Assembly (NCBI GenBank): GCA_035570015.1
Contig: DATMLR010000332.1
Span: 1-42,201 of the forward strand
Direction of reading: 5' to 3'
DNA: 42,201 nucleotides
Source of the DNA: Puia sp.
GTDB taxonomy: Bacteria; Bacteroidota; Bacteroidia; Chitinophagales; Chitinophagaceae
A program made the translations under genes and the position numbers. Numbering within the stretch: the stretch's first letter is position 1; each line of letters starts with the position of its first letter. Under the pieces are notes generated by a model. It ran no database searches and was not told the origin of the DNA. It worked only from the letters and a program-made list of their open reading frames with translations. Below are positions 17,492 through 26,549 of this stretch, piece after piece.

Positions 17492-17947
17492 ATGAACACA
17501 CTTTATCTGGCGGTCCTGTTGACGGCCGCTTTCACCGGAAAGAAAGACACCGTTATCACCCACTACCGCCTTCGCTACGACCACACGGTCCTGCGTATCC
17601 CCGGCCAGTCCTTTTTCCATCGGCATTCTTACGCGCACGTCCAAAGGCGATTCGGCAAAGACCAAAGGATACCTGAACGGCGACCAGGGCTGGAGCAAAT
17701 ACAAGATCGAAGTGCAGGGCGGCAGCTACTCCAACGGCAAGATCAAGATCGCCAAATCCGCTCAATACCAAAAAGGCGATTCGCTGACGAGGGCGGGCCC
17801 GGCGGCAGGGGAGGGCAGGGGGGAAGTGGTGGGACCGGAGGCATCGGCGATCCGTCCGGCAATAACGGCTTAGATGGAATGTCCGGCCGCGACGGTTTTG
17901 ACGGCGCGTCCGGACAAAAAGGGAAAGTGGTTTTTATGGCTATTTAG
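17492..17947 (+). pseudogene. Probable pseudogene of a secreted protein with a Gly-rich collagen-like C-terminus (frameshift plus internal deletion)
   Basis: After the T5 run at 17612-17616 the protein-like sequence continues in the +1 frame (SIGILTRTSKGDSAKTKGYLNGDQGWSKYKIEVQGGSYSNGKIKIAKSAQYQKGDSLT). It returns to the original frame at about 17790 (GGPGGRGGQGG...). Confidence 0.7.
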
Positions 17948-19460
17948 CAGCCGCCTGCTGGTAGTTCCGGATGCCTTGAAGAACGTCGCGGGCGATTGCT
18001 GACTGGTTCTGAGGGTCACGGATAAACGCCAGATCGGCTGGATTGTCGATATACCCACACTCTATCAATACTGCCGGCATAGCCGTGTGACGCAGGACAT
18101 AGACACCCTCGGTACGTTGACGGAGATTCTCATCGACAGCATAGCTGGGCTTCACCGCATCAAGCAGCGCCGAGCCGAGCTTCGCACTTTCGGCATAGTG
18201 AGCATTCTCCGGGCACACGTATACGCTGAAACCGTGCGCAGCCTCGCCGCCCGCCGCACTGTTTACATGCAGCGACACAAACAGGTCAGCCTTATTTTTA
18301 CGGGCCATTTCAACGCAATATTCCAGCGAATTGCGCTTATCGCTTGTTCCGCCGGCCAGTTCATCGGACTTGCGGGTCAGCACCACGTTGATGTGATACT
18401 CCGGGGCCAGCTCTTTCACTTTTAAGGCCAGCGCGAGGTTAATGTCTTTTTCTTTGGTGTCGCCGGCGATCGCACCGTTATCTGAACCGCCGTGACCGGC
18501 ATCGATCACCACGGTCAAAGGCGACAACCCGCGCAGCGGTACGGTGGCGTGTCGTTTGGCTGCAAACGCGCACAATAAGATAAAGGTCAGCGGGAGGACC
18601 ATCATCCGGCTCCAGTAGCCGGGTCGGGTGGAATGAAGTTGAGTGAGCATAGTAATACGTCGTTTTATGGATGATTGGAAAAATGGATGCAGAATAGACA
18701 GCTGGCGGTCCCGCACCGTATGCCAGACCAGCAGCTCCGCATATTCATATCGGTCCCCGTCCGCGACCGCATACCGGTCGGCAAGGTATTCGTGGATGGT
18801 CCGGATCTCGCGGTAGATCAGGTAAAAGAAAGGGTTGATCCAGTAGATGGCCAGCAATGTCCTGAGCCAAAGCAGGTCCAGCGTATGCCGCTGCCGGATA
18901 TGATAGCCTTCATGCAGGAAGATCTTCCGGCCGCGTGCGCTGCCGATATCGATCTCCGCATTCCAGAAAAGATGGTTGAGAAAGGAGAAGGGAGTCCCCG
19001 GCTCGCGGGTCATGAAGAGATCGATCCGGCCCAGGCGTTCATGCGGATATTTTCCCGCCAGCCGCCGGATTTGCCAAAGCTGGCGGCCAAAGGCGCCGAG
19101 GAGCACCCCGATCGCGGCGGCATAGCCGATAATCAGCCCCCACTCTACACTCCACCCGGAAGGTGTCACCCCTCCCGCGATCGCAGCCCCGGCCGGCGGC
19201 TCGTTCCAGTTGCCGGGGACGATCGCATGAAGCGCAAGACTAAGGACCGGCGTCTGCCCGATCAGCGGCAGGGCGTCGGGTAGCGGGAGACGGATCAGGG
19301 GCAGGATCAGCGATGCCAGCGTGGCGGCGAGCAGATAATACCGGTTATACTGATGGAACAGCCTGTCCCGGAGGAACAGCCGGTAATAGCTGAATAACAG
19401 CGCGGAGACCAGAACGACTTTCGCGAGATAAAGGGCGGCGAAAACAACGATCACATTCAT
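17940..19460 (-). CDS. BlaR1/M56 metallopeptidase fused to N-acetylmuramoyl-L-alanine amidase (Amidase_3)
   Basis: M56 'PFSFLN', 'HEGYH', 'HEYLAD', 'IKRRITML'. Amidase Zn ligands and catalytic Glu in 'IDAGHGG', 'EKDINL', 'SLHVN', 'VLIECGY'. Confidence 0.92.
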   Translation of the reverse strand: MNVIVVFAALYLAKVVLVSALLFSYYRLFLRDRLFHQYNRYYLLAATLASLILPLIRLPLPDALPLIGQTPVLSLALHAIVPGNWNEPPAGAAIAGGVTPSGWSVEWGLIIGYAAAIGVLLGAFGRQLWQIRRLAGKYPHERLGRIDLFMTREPGTPFSFLNHLFWNAEIDIGSARGRKIFLHEGYHIRQRHTLDLLWLRTLLAIYWINPFFYLIYREIRTIHEYLADRYAVADGDRYEYAELLVWHTVRDRQLSILHPFFQSSIKRRITMLTQLHSTRPGYWSRMMVLPLTFILLCAFAAKRHATVPLRGLSPLTVVIDAGHGGSDNGAIAGDTKEKDINLALALKVKELAPEYHINVVLTRKSDELAGGTSDKRNSLEYCVEMARKNKADLFVSLHVNSAAGGEAAHGFSVYVCPENAHYAESAKLGSALLDAVKPSYAVDENLRQRTEGVYVLRHTAMPAVLIECGYIDNPADLAFIRDPQNQSAIARDVLQGIRNYQQAAAK

Positions 19461-19828
19461 GGTTTGGATTTTTTGGCGTTCCGGATCTGATGCAGCAGCG
19501 CTTCCAGCTCCTGCAGGCTTAATGTTTTGTCGCTGACAAACTGCGATACGAGCTTTGCGGCGGAGCCTTCGAAATAACCTTTCACCAACTGGTTGGCGCT
19601 GACCTTTGCATATTCAACCTTGGTGATCACCGGCCGGTAACAATTGTTGCGGCCCTGCACGTCAAACTCTACGTACCCTTTTTCCACCAATATCTTCAAT
19701 AAGGTTGCGATGGTATTGGGATGCGGCCTGGGCATCGGTGTCGCGTCGAGGATATCCTTCAGGAACCCCTTGCCCAGTTTCCAGAGGACCAGCATAACCT
19801 GCTCTTCGGCTTTTGTCAATGGCTTCAT
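19457..19828 (-). CDS. BlaI/MecI/CopY family transcriptional repressor
   Basis: 'LTKAEEQVMLVLWKLGKG...PHPNTIATLLKILVEKGYV...YFEGS...LV'. Overlaps the M56 gene start (ATGA). Confidence 0.95.
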   Translation of the reverse strand: MKPLTKAEEQVMLVLWKLGKGFLKDILDATPMPRPHPNTIATLLKILVEKGYVEFDVQGRNNCYRPVITKVEYAKVSANQLVKGYFEGSAAKLVSQFVSDKTLSLQELEALLHQIRNAKKSKP

Positions 19829-19832
19829 CGAA

Positions 19833-19878
19833 TAACTAATTTTTTAGTCATACGAAGATATAACTAACTTTTTAGTTA
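19833..19878. promoter_or_regulatory. Tandem BlaI operators flanking the -7 promoter element
   Basis: TAACTAA-tttt-TTAGTCA (19833-19850) and TAACTAA-cttt-TTAGTTA (19861-19878). Minus-strand TATCTTCG (-7-like) lies between them, with TTTG (-33) 21 bp upstream. Confidence 0.85.
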
Positions 19879-19979
19879 CTCCAAATTTTTTCTGCAAATT
19901 TTTTCAGAAATTTTTAAGACCGGCCCGAGGTGACGTCAGCTGACCGCGCACGACCCTATGCAGCGCGGCCAAGCCGCCC

Positions 19980-21149
19980 CTATTGCACGGCGATCGAATA
20001 GGCAATGGTGCTGTATGACGGATCGGTCAGGTATACCGGTGAGCCATTCTTCCAGTACGTGGCGACATAATTGTTCGGCGCCACCCAACTAACGCCCGCC
20101 ACGTAAACATCGTTGCCCGCGACGATCACCGAATTGGCTTGTGAAGAGGTGTCATTACCCGTGAGGGCAGTCGCCATCCCGTTCTTCCAGAGCATCGCGC
20201 GGGAATAGTTGTTGATATTCTGCCAACCGACGACGTATACATCGGAGCCGGAAACGAAGACGGCGTTGGCTACCGAACCGCTCAGCGAATCGGTGCTGAG
20301 GAACACGGGTGAACCATTTTTCCAGTAGATGGCCACCGGCCCTTCACCGGCCGTTTGCTGCAGCCCGGATACGTAGACGTCACTACCCGCGACGTATATG
20401 CCGGTGCTTTGGGGATACCCGGAGGTATTGTTCGGGCCCGCATAGGTTAAACTGCCGGCCAGGTCCACCGGTACGCCATTTTTCCAATACTCTGCATGCG
20501 CCGCCGATTGCCAGGTTGTGCCGCCGGACACATAGACGTCGGACCCCGAGACAAAAATGCCGTTTACATAGTCTTCATAAAACCGGTTGGCATATTTCCC
20601 GCTATCCACCAGGCCCACCGTGCCGTAGCCGGTGAGTGTGAAGGGCGTCCCATTTTTCCATACGGTAGCCACGGACCCCGTTGCCGGATAGACAGCACTG
20701 TCGCTGCTGTAAGGCACCTGGTCTTTCTGCGAGTCATAACCCCTGATCCCCGCAATATAGACGTCTCCGCCTGAAAGGGCGACCGCACTGGCAAAACCAT
20801 TTGCGATGGAGCCGGTGGAGTCGCTAAGCGACGTTGCCGCTCCGTTCAACCAGAACACAGGATTGAAAGGGTAAAGCGCACTGGAAGTAGCAGTTTTAAA
20901 CCCCGCGATGTAGACATTGGTCCCGGAGGCGGCGAGTGACGATGGCCCAAAACTATACTGGATGCCAAGCTCACCATAGACGGAATTGATTTGGCCGTTC
21001 TTCCAGTACACGATCGCGCCATCCTGTACGCCAAGCACGTACACGGAAGAAGGGGCCGGCGGGGTCGAGGAGTGGGATTCTTTTTTGCAGGACAGGAAAC
21101 TACCGATCAGGAACAGTGTGGCCGGAATATAGGTCAGGCGGGGGCTCAT
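19980..21149 (-). CDS. Lipoprotein with beta-propeller-like 'SGSDVYVAG...A.YWKNG' repeats
   Basis: Lipobox 'FLSC-KKE'; about 6-7 repeats of (V/A)SGSDVYV.G...YWKNG.PV.L. Confidence 0.82.
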   Translation of the reverse strand: MSPRLTYIPATLFLIGSFLSCKKESHSSTPPAPSSVYVLGVQDGAIVYWKNGQINSVYGELGIQYSFGPSSLAASGTNVYIAGFKTATSSALYPFNPVFWLNGAATSLSDSTGSIANGFASAVALSGGDVYIAGIRGYDSQKDQVPYSSDSAVYPATGSVATVWKNGTPFTLTGYGTVGLVDSGKYANRFYEDYVNGIFVSGSDVYVSGGTTWQSAAHAEYWKNGVPVDLAGSLTYAGPNNTSGYPQSTGIYVAGSDVYVSGLQQTAGEGPVAIYWKNGSPVFLSTDSLSGSVANAVFVSGSDVYVVGWQNINNYSRAMLWKNGMATALTGNDTSSQANSVIVAGNDVYVAGVSWVAPNNYVATYWKNGSPVYLTDPSYSTIAYSIAVQ

Positions 21150-21221
21150 ACAGATAGGCTTTTACGTTGACCAAAGATAGTCAACGTTTTCCACGGCCAG
21201 CTTTAAATTCCCATTAAAACC

Positions 21222-21755
21222 TCATTTCACCCCCTTGTTGGAATCCCAGATGCCCTGTAGCTTTAAGACATACAGGATCTGACCCGTATGGTATGCGGTA
21301 TGGGTATTGATATGATCCAGAACGGAAGCCCATGCGCGCAGCTTGCTGGCATCAGCCGTCTTGATCGCGGTCTCCCAGCCTTTCATCACGTCATTCAATT
21401 GCGCGACTACTTTTGGCCAGGAGTCTTCGGTAAATCCGGTGAAGGTCTCATTGTTATTACCGGAGAAGGGGGCCGGTTTACGGCCATTGAACTTATCCAA
21501 CTGCTCCTTATTCCAATACCAGATATGGTAGGCGAGCTCGCCGATCGAATGCGCCGAGTCCGCAGGTTTCCACGCGGCCTGTTTGGCGGTCACTCCATCC
21601 AGCGCCTTCATCACGGGGACGAACCAGTCCTCATCGACCCAGGTGTCACGGAATTGTTCGAGCAGCACGCCGCGCAGGGTTTGAGGGGCCTTCGGTTGCT
21701 GGGCGCCGGCAGTCAGTGCAGCCAGCAACAAAAAGATAACGCAGATCTTCTTCAT
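21222..21755 (-). CDS. Secreted DinB/YfiT family protein
   Basis: Signal peptide 'LTAGA-Q'; 'WKPADSAHSIGELAYHI' and 'HTAYHTGQI' His motifs. Confidence 0.88.
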   Translation of the reverse strand: MKKICVIFLLLAALTAGAQQPKAPQTLRGVLLEQFRDTWVDEDWFVPVMKALDGVTAKQAAWKPADSAHSIGELAYHIWYWNKEQLDKFNGRKPAPFSGNNNETFTGFTEDSWPKVVAQLNDVMKGWETAIKTADASKLRAWASVLDHINTHTAYHTGQILYVLKLQGIWDSNKGVK

Positions 21756-21772
21756 ATAGTGGTGGTTTTTAA

Positions 21773-22486
21773 TTATCGTTTGAGCAACCGCTGCTGTACG
21801 ATCGTCATTACCGCATCCTTATAATTCCGGCCGATCGGCAAGGCTTTTTGACCCAGCCGAAGCTCATTGCCTTCTATCGCCGTGATGCGGGCAAAATTGA
21901 CGAGATAAGATTGGTGGACCTTCAGGAATTCGGTTGGCGGCAGCTGGGTCTCGAGGCTCTTCAAGGTCAGATAGGCCATGATCTTCTTCGCTTCCGTATA
22001 GATGCCCGCATAGTTGCCAAGGCTCTCAATGTAAAGGATCTCCTTTAGCTCAATCTTCTCGATTCGCCGGTCACTCCGCACAAAAATGAAGGTATCCGCC
22101 GCGCCGGGTCTCACCGCCTCCTTCATCTGCCGAAATTCCCACGCCTTCTGCACCGCTTTCTGGAACCGGCTGAAGGCAAACGGCTTGAGCAGGTAGTCGA
22201 TGATATCCAGCTCATAGCCCGCCAGCGCGTACTGCGGGAACGCGGTCGTCAGGATGACCAGCGGCCGGACCTCCATCCCCTGAAGGAATTCGATCCCGGA
22301 AAGCTCCGGCATTTCGATATCCAACAGGATCAGGTCGGTGTCATGGGCCCCCAGGAAAGCACGGGCCTTCGCCGCGTTCTCAAACTGACCCTGCAGCTCC
22401 AGGAAATGGATCTTTGCCGTGAATTCCCGGAGGATCTTCCGGGCTACCGGCTCGTCGTCAATGATCATCGTCCGCAGCTTTTTCAT
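21773..22486 (-). CDS. LytTR family response regulator
   Basis: 'IIDDEPVAR', 'LLDIEMP', 'DYLLKPF'; LytTR 'ILYIESLGNY', 'FLKVHQSYLVN', 'LPIGRNYK'. Confidence 0.95.
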   Translation of the reverse strand: MKKLRTMIIDDEPVARKILREFTAKIHFLELQGQFENAAKARAFLGAHDTDLILLDIEMPELSGIEFLQGMEVRPLVILTTAFPQYALAGYELDIIDYLLKPFAFSRFQKAVQKAWEFRQMKEAVRPGAADTFIFVRSDRRIEKIELKEILYIESLGNYAGIYTEAKKIMAYLTLKSLETQLPPTEFLKVHQSYLVNFARITAIEGNELRLGQKALPIGRNYKDAVMTIVQQRLLKR

Positions 22487-23484
22487 AGCCTGATCGTTAA
22501 GTTCACGAAATAAATATTCCCTCCCTTATCGAAACCGAGCGTATACCGGCCCTTGTACAATAGCTCCAGCCGCCGGATTACATTGGTCAGGCCGATTCCC
22601 CCGTCGCCGGGCACGGAAACAATATAGGTATTGCTGCATTCGAACCGGATCCCAGCCAAATCCTGGTGCAGCCGGATTTGAATCCGGTTGACCTGCCGGT
22701 CGTCCCTTGACACATGTTTGAAGGCGTTCTCAACCAAAGGGAGAAAGAGCAGCGGCGCGATCTTTACTCCTGGATCGGTCATCGCGATCTCCAGCCCGAT
22801 CTCCATATTGTCATTGCTCCTCGCTTTTTGCAGGGCCACATAGTTCCGCAAGTGGTCCATCTCCCGCCCAAGCGCGATCTCATCGACATCCGCCTCATAG
22901 AGGTTGTACCGCAACAGATCCGAGAACTGTACCATCATTTCCCTGGCCTGCACGTTCTCTGAATCGATATATCCGTAGATCGTGTTGAGGCCGTTGAACA
23001 GGAAATGAGGATTCACCTGAAGCCGAAGATATTTCAGCTCGGTCTGCAGCTGATCGATCTGGATCTCCTTTACCTGCTGCTTTTGCTCGCTCCACTTCTG
23101 CGTGAACAGCAACAGCGTCGAGATCAGCACAAACCAGTCCGCATAGAAAACATTCCATTTGAAATACGAACTGACGGCCATTGGTTCGTCCGGCCACGCA
23201 ACCGCATCCCAGTATTTTTGCGAAAGGCTCCGCAGCAGGGTGTAGCCGGCAACCAGCGCTACGAGGCCGGCGATATACCAGAGGATACGTTTCTTTTCCA
23301 ACAGGACCGGGATCAGGACCAGCATATGGACGTACACCAGCAACGCCGTCAATACGCAATTGACCAGCAGCGGCGCCAGGCTGAGCGGCCAGCCGAGCCG
23401 TTGGCTGAGCCCTTGCATGTCCAGCAGGGTAAAGGCGACATACATCAGCCAGAAAAGGAAATGGAACAGAAGGTGACGCCGCAT
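22483..23484 (-). CDS. LytS/YehU-type membrane sensor histidine kinase
   Basis: Four TM helices; 'ELKYLRLQVNPHFLFNGLNTIY', 'PLLFLPLVENAFKH', 'GGIGLTNVIRRLELLY'. Confidence 0.93.
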   Translation of the reverse strand: MRRHLLFHFLFWLMYVAFTLLDMQGLSQRLGWPLSLAPLLVNCVLTALLVYVHMLVLIPVLLEKKRILWYIAGLVALVAGYTLLRSLSQKYWDAVAWPDEPMAVSSYFKWNVFYADWFVLISTLLLFTQKWSEQKQQVKEIQIDQLQTELKYLRLQVNPHFLFNGLNTIYGYIDSENVQAREMMVQFSDLLRYNLYEADVDEIALGREMDHLRNYVALQKARSNDNMEIGLEIAMTDPGVKIAPLLFLPLVENAFKHVSRDDRQVNRIQIRLHQDLAGIRFECSNTYIVSVPGDGGIGLTNVIRRLELLYKGRYTLGFDKGGNIYFVNLTIRL

Positions 23485-23646
23485 GGTTAAATATAAAACG
23501 ATCCCGGGTTAAATGTATATAATAATTTTTCCATATACCTTCATTTCATGGAATTCCTGCAGAATACCCCGCCATTTCCGTCGGATATCAAAAAAGATAG
23601 TTTGTCCGGAGGCCTTTCCCTAGATTAAGGTAAAAATCACCCACGT

Positions 23647-24867
23647 ATGACCCTTACCGATAGTAGCCAACCTTCTCGTCCAACGACACGGATCATTTCC
23701 GTCGACCTGTTGCGGGGTATCGTCATGGTCCTGATGGCAATCGATCATGTCCGGGTGTATTCCGGCATCCCGGCGGGCGGTACCGATTACGGGGTGTTCT
23801 TCACCCGCTGGGTCACCAACTTCTGCGCCCCCGCCTTTGCCTTCCTGGCCGGGACCGGTATCTTCTTTTTCGCCCATAGCGGAGGTGCGGCGTCCGCAGG
23901 AGTTGCGTTCCGTAACGGGCGTGCCCGCAAAGAAGTGGTACGTTATCTGCTGCTTCGTGGTTTCCTCCTGGTCTTCTTGGAACTGACTGTCATCCGGTTC
24001 AGCTGGACGTTCAACTTCGATTACGCCCATTTCACGCTGGCCGGCATCATTTGGATGCTGGGCTGGTGTATGATCGGAATGGCGGCCCTGAGCGCCTTTC
24101 CTCCAATTGTCGTTGGCATCATCGGGATCGCTATCGTCGCCGGGCAAACCCTTTTCGCGGATGTGCCGGGGCTGCTGCCGTCCTCACTCCAGAAGTCCTT
24201 CGGCTATTTGTGGGAGTTTGTTTATCCATCCGGTCTTTCATGGCCGCCCGGTGTGGTCATTTTATACGTACTGGTGCCGTGGATCGGGGTCATGGCCATG
24301 GGTTACGGCATTGGGCCGCTGTTCCGCCTGGATCCCGCCGGGCGTCGCCGCATCTGTCTTTGGATCGGAGGAACGGCGATCGCCCTTTATCTGGCCATCG
24401 GTTGCATTTATGCAGCCCGCCAACCGGGTTCGAAGCTGCCCTTCTTGCTTCGGCTGCTGAATCAGCGGAAATATCCCGCCTCCCCGCTTTTCCTGCTCAT
24501 GACGCTCGGCCCGCTCGTGGCGGTGCTTCCGTGGGCGGAACGAGTCACTGGACGGTTGTCGCGAATCGGCGGGATCATCAAAGAGGTCCTGCTGGTCTTC
24601 GGTCGTGTTCCACTCTTCTTTTACCTCCTGCATATTCCGACCATACATCTCGGGTGTATGATGATCAATTATTTCAGGGAAGGTTCCGGCGGTTCGTCCT
24701 GGTATGCGACGGCGCCGGACGTATGGATGCCGCCGGACCATCGCTGGCCGCTTTGGCTGCTGTATCTGGAATGGGCGATGGATATTTTCTTCCTGTATTT
24801 TCTTTGCCGCTGGTTCGCCAGATACAAAAACGCCCATGGGGAAAAACGCTGGCTCAAATTTTTGTGA
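23647..24867 (+). CDS. DUF1624 / HGSNAT-like membrane acyltransferase
   Basis: 'RIISVDLLRGIVMVLMAIDHVR', 'FFTRWVTNFCAPAF', 'KYPASP.FLLMTLG', 'FGRVPLFFYLLH'. Confidence 0.9.
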   Translation: MTLTDSSQPSRPTTRIISVDLLRGIVMVLMAIDHVRVYSGIPAGGTDYGVFFTRWVTNFCAPAFAFLAGTGIFFFAHSGGAASAGVAFRNGRARKEVVRYLLLRGFLLVFLELTVIRFSWTFNFDYAHFTLAGIIWMLGWCMIGMAALSAFPPIVVGIIGIAIVAGQTLFADVPGLLPSSLQKSFGYLWEFVYPSGLSWPPGVVILYVLVPWIGVMAMGYGIGPLFRLDPAGRRRICLWIGGTAIALYLAIGCIYAARQPGSKLPFLLRLLNQRKYPASPLFLLMTLGPLVAVLPWAERVTGRLSRIGGIIKEVLLVFGRVPLFFYLLHIPTIHLGCMMINYFREGSGGSSWYATAPDVWMPPDHRWPLWLLYLEWAMDIFFLYFLCRWFARYKNAHGEKRWLKFL

Positions 24868-24910
24868 GGACGATTTCATTTTCGGTACCTTAGGTTTACC
24901 GATTGAAACC

Positions 24911-25762
24911 ATGCTGCCAAAGCCTTTTTATTTTGACGATGCCATCTGGGGCTCCGATACCTGGCCCTTGTTGAGCGCCGTGTATACCGGCGACCTCGAC
25001 ACGGTCCGGCACATGCTGGTCGAAGATCCCACCCGCATTCACGCGCAATATGCCTACTATGAACCCCTCCATTATGCCGTCCGCGGCGGCAGCCTTCCGA
25101 TGGTCAATCTTCTGCTTCGCTGCGGTGCACATCCCGCCGCACCCGGCTGGAGCAGGCTGGGGGACGAGACGCCGCTGGCCAAAGCCAAATACCGGCGCCG
25201 GAACGATATGGTCGCCTTGCTGGAACACGCCATCGCCGCCGCTCCGCCCTATCATTGGCCTCCTACCCGGCCGCCCACGGCCGAACAACAGCGCCGCCTC
25301 GACTTTGCCATCGCCTGCGGCTATACCCCCGATATCGACCATGTAAGGAGCATGTTGGCCGAACATCCCCGGTGGGCGACACATGGACTATATGAAGCCA
25401 TCCATCATGACCGGATGGACATCACCCGTCTACTTATCGAATTCGGCGGCGATCCCAATGGCTTTATGCCCTTCGCCTGCTGGTTCACGCCGCTGATGCA
25501 CACCCTGCGCTACCCCGAACCCCGCTGGGCTATGGCGGAATTGCTGCTGGAGCATAACGTGCCCATCGATGGGACCAATGGGCTCGGAATGACTGCCCTG
25601 CATATCGTCGTCGCCATGGGAAGGGTAGAGGCAGCCAGGTGGTTGTTGGACCATGGGGCCAGCCCCAATGCCATTGAACCGGAATTCTCGTCCACCCCCC
25701 TGGGCTGGGCTGCCCGCTGGAATCGGGCCGATATGACCGAATTGCTCCTTAATTACTATTGA
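24911..25762 (+). CDS. Ankyrin repeat protein
   Basis: 'PLHYAVRGGSLPMVNLLLRCGA', 'GMTALHIVVAMGRVEAARWLLDHGASPN', 'STPLGWAARWNRADMTELLL'. Start placed at ATG 24911. Confidence 0.88.
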   Translation: MLPKPFYFDDAIWGSDTWPLLSAVYTGDLDTVRHMLVEDPTRIHAQYAYYEPLHYAVRGGSLPMVNLLLRCGAHPAAPGWSRLGDETPLAKAKYRRRNDMVALLEHAIAAAPPYHWPPTRPPTAEQQRRLDFAIACGYTPDIDHVRSMLAEHPRWATHGLYEAIHHDRMDITRLLIEFGGDPNGFMPFACWFTPLMHTLRYPEPRWAMAELLLEHNVPIDGTNGLGMTALHIVVAMGRVEAARWLLDHGASPNAIEPEFSSTPLGWAARWNRADMTELLLNYY

Positions 25763-25891
25763 ACCCGCCGAAAAACTACCCAAAAACCCCTAGAGTGGTC
25801 CTATTAAGCCATTTTTTCATCGCTTTTTAACCCGCCTAACTACATGTTATACAATTGAATGACATCGGTTTTCGTTGTATCGCAGGGAATG

Positions 25892-25942
25892 GTAACAAAA
25901 ATTCCGATTTGCCGGTTACATCCCTTTCTCCAGAACCTACTA
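25892..25942 (+). promoter_or_regulatory. Putative ECF promoter or regulatory motif GTAA-N16-CCGGTTACAT-N16-TACTA
   Basis: Immediately upstream of the ECF gene. The same motif with the same N16 spacer occurs at 31264-31313 on the minus strand. Confidence 0.6.
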
Positions 25943-25946
25943 TTAT

Positions 25947-26549
25947 ATGAAAGTCGAAGGAAAATTTAGCGATAGCGAATTGATAGTGGCGGTCATCGAC
26001 AAAACACTTCTCAATGATGCCATTCTATCCCTCTATCGGCAGTACTCCGACATCGTCAGTTCTTTCTTAATCAGCTACGGAGCCAGTGAACAGGATGCCG
26101 ACGACGTCTTCCAGGAAACGGTGATCGCCTTTATCAATATTGTCCAACAGGGCAAGTTCCGGATGGAGGCCAGTATCAAAACCTTCCTGGTGTCGGTGGC
26201 AAGAAATATCTGGCGAAATGAACAGAAAAAGCGAATGCGGACCGATTTCCGCGAGCAACGATTCGAATCCGGCAGGCCGCAAAGTGAGGACGGGATCAAC
26301 GAATGGATCAACGAAACGGAGAAGAAACGACAGCTGCGCGACCTGGTCTTCAAGCTGGGCGAACCATGCAAAAAGCTACTAACGCTGTTCTACTATGAGA
26401 ATCTGTCCATGAAAGAGATACTTAATTACCTGCCGTACGAGAACGAACAGGTAGTTCGGAATAAGAAATACAAGTGCTTGCAGCAATTGACGGAAATTAT
26501 GAAAAACCATCCTTCGATTGCGGTATCCTTGAATGAAATAACCAAATAA
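25947..26549 (+). CDS. ECF RNA polymerase sigma factor (CHAT-associated type)
   Basis: 'DADDVFQETVIAF', 'SIKTFLVSVARNIW', 'LGEPCKKLLTLFYYENLSMKEI...VRNKKYKCLQQL'. Confidence 0.92.
   Translation: MKVEGKFSDSELIVAVIDKTLLNDAILSLYRQYSDIVSSFLISYGASEQDADDVFQETVIAFINIVQQGKFRMEASIKTFLVSVARNIWRNEQKKRMRTDFREQRFESGRPQSEDGINEWINETEKKRQLRDLVFKLGEPCKKLLTLFYYENLSMKEILNYLPYENEQVVRNKKYKCLQQLTEIMKNHPSIAVSLNEITK

Noticed and set aside
17793-17925. Gly-x-x repeats as a separate collagen-like gene or DNA tandem repeat
   Set aside because: They are the C-terminal remnant of the pseudogene at 17492 and are not periodic at DNA level.
19921-19979. GC-rich imperfect hairpin (CCGCGC...GCGCGG) after the lipoprotein gene
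   Set aside because: Short stem, large loop and no adjacent U-tract; too weak to call a terminator or RNA element.
24704-24910. N-terminal extension of the ankyrin ORF in the ORF track
   Set aside because: It overlaps the DUF1624 gene in another frame. ATG 24911 gives a clean start. The same reasoning was applied to other over-extended starts (2446, 3248, 11339, 17396, 31228, 33815, 34420).
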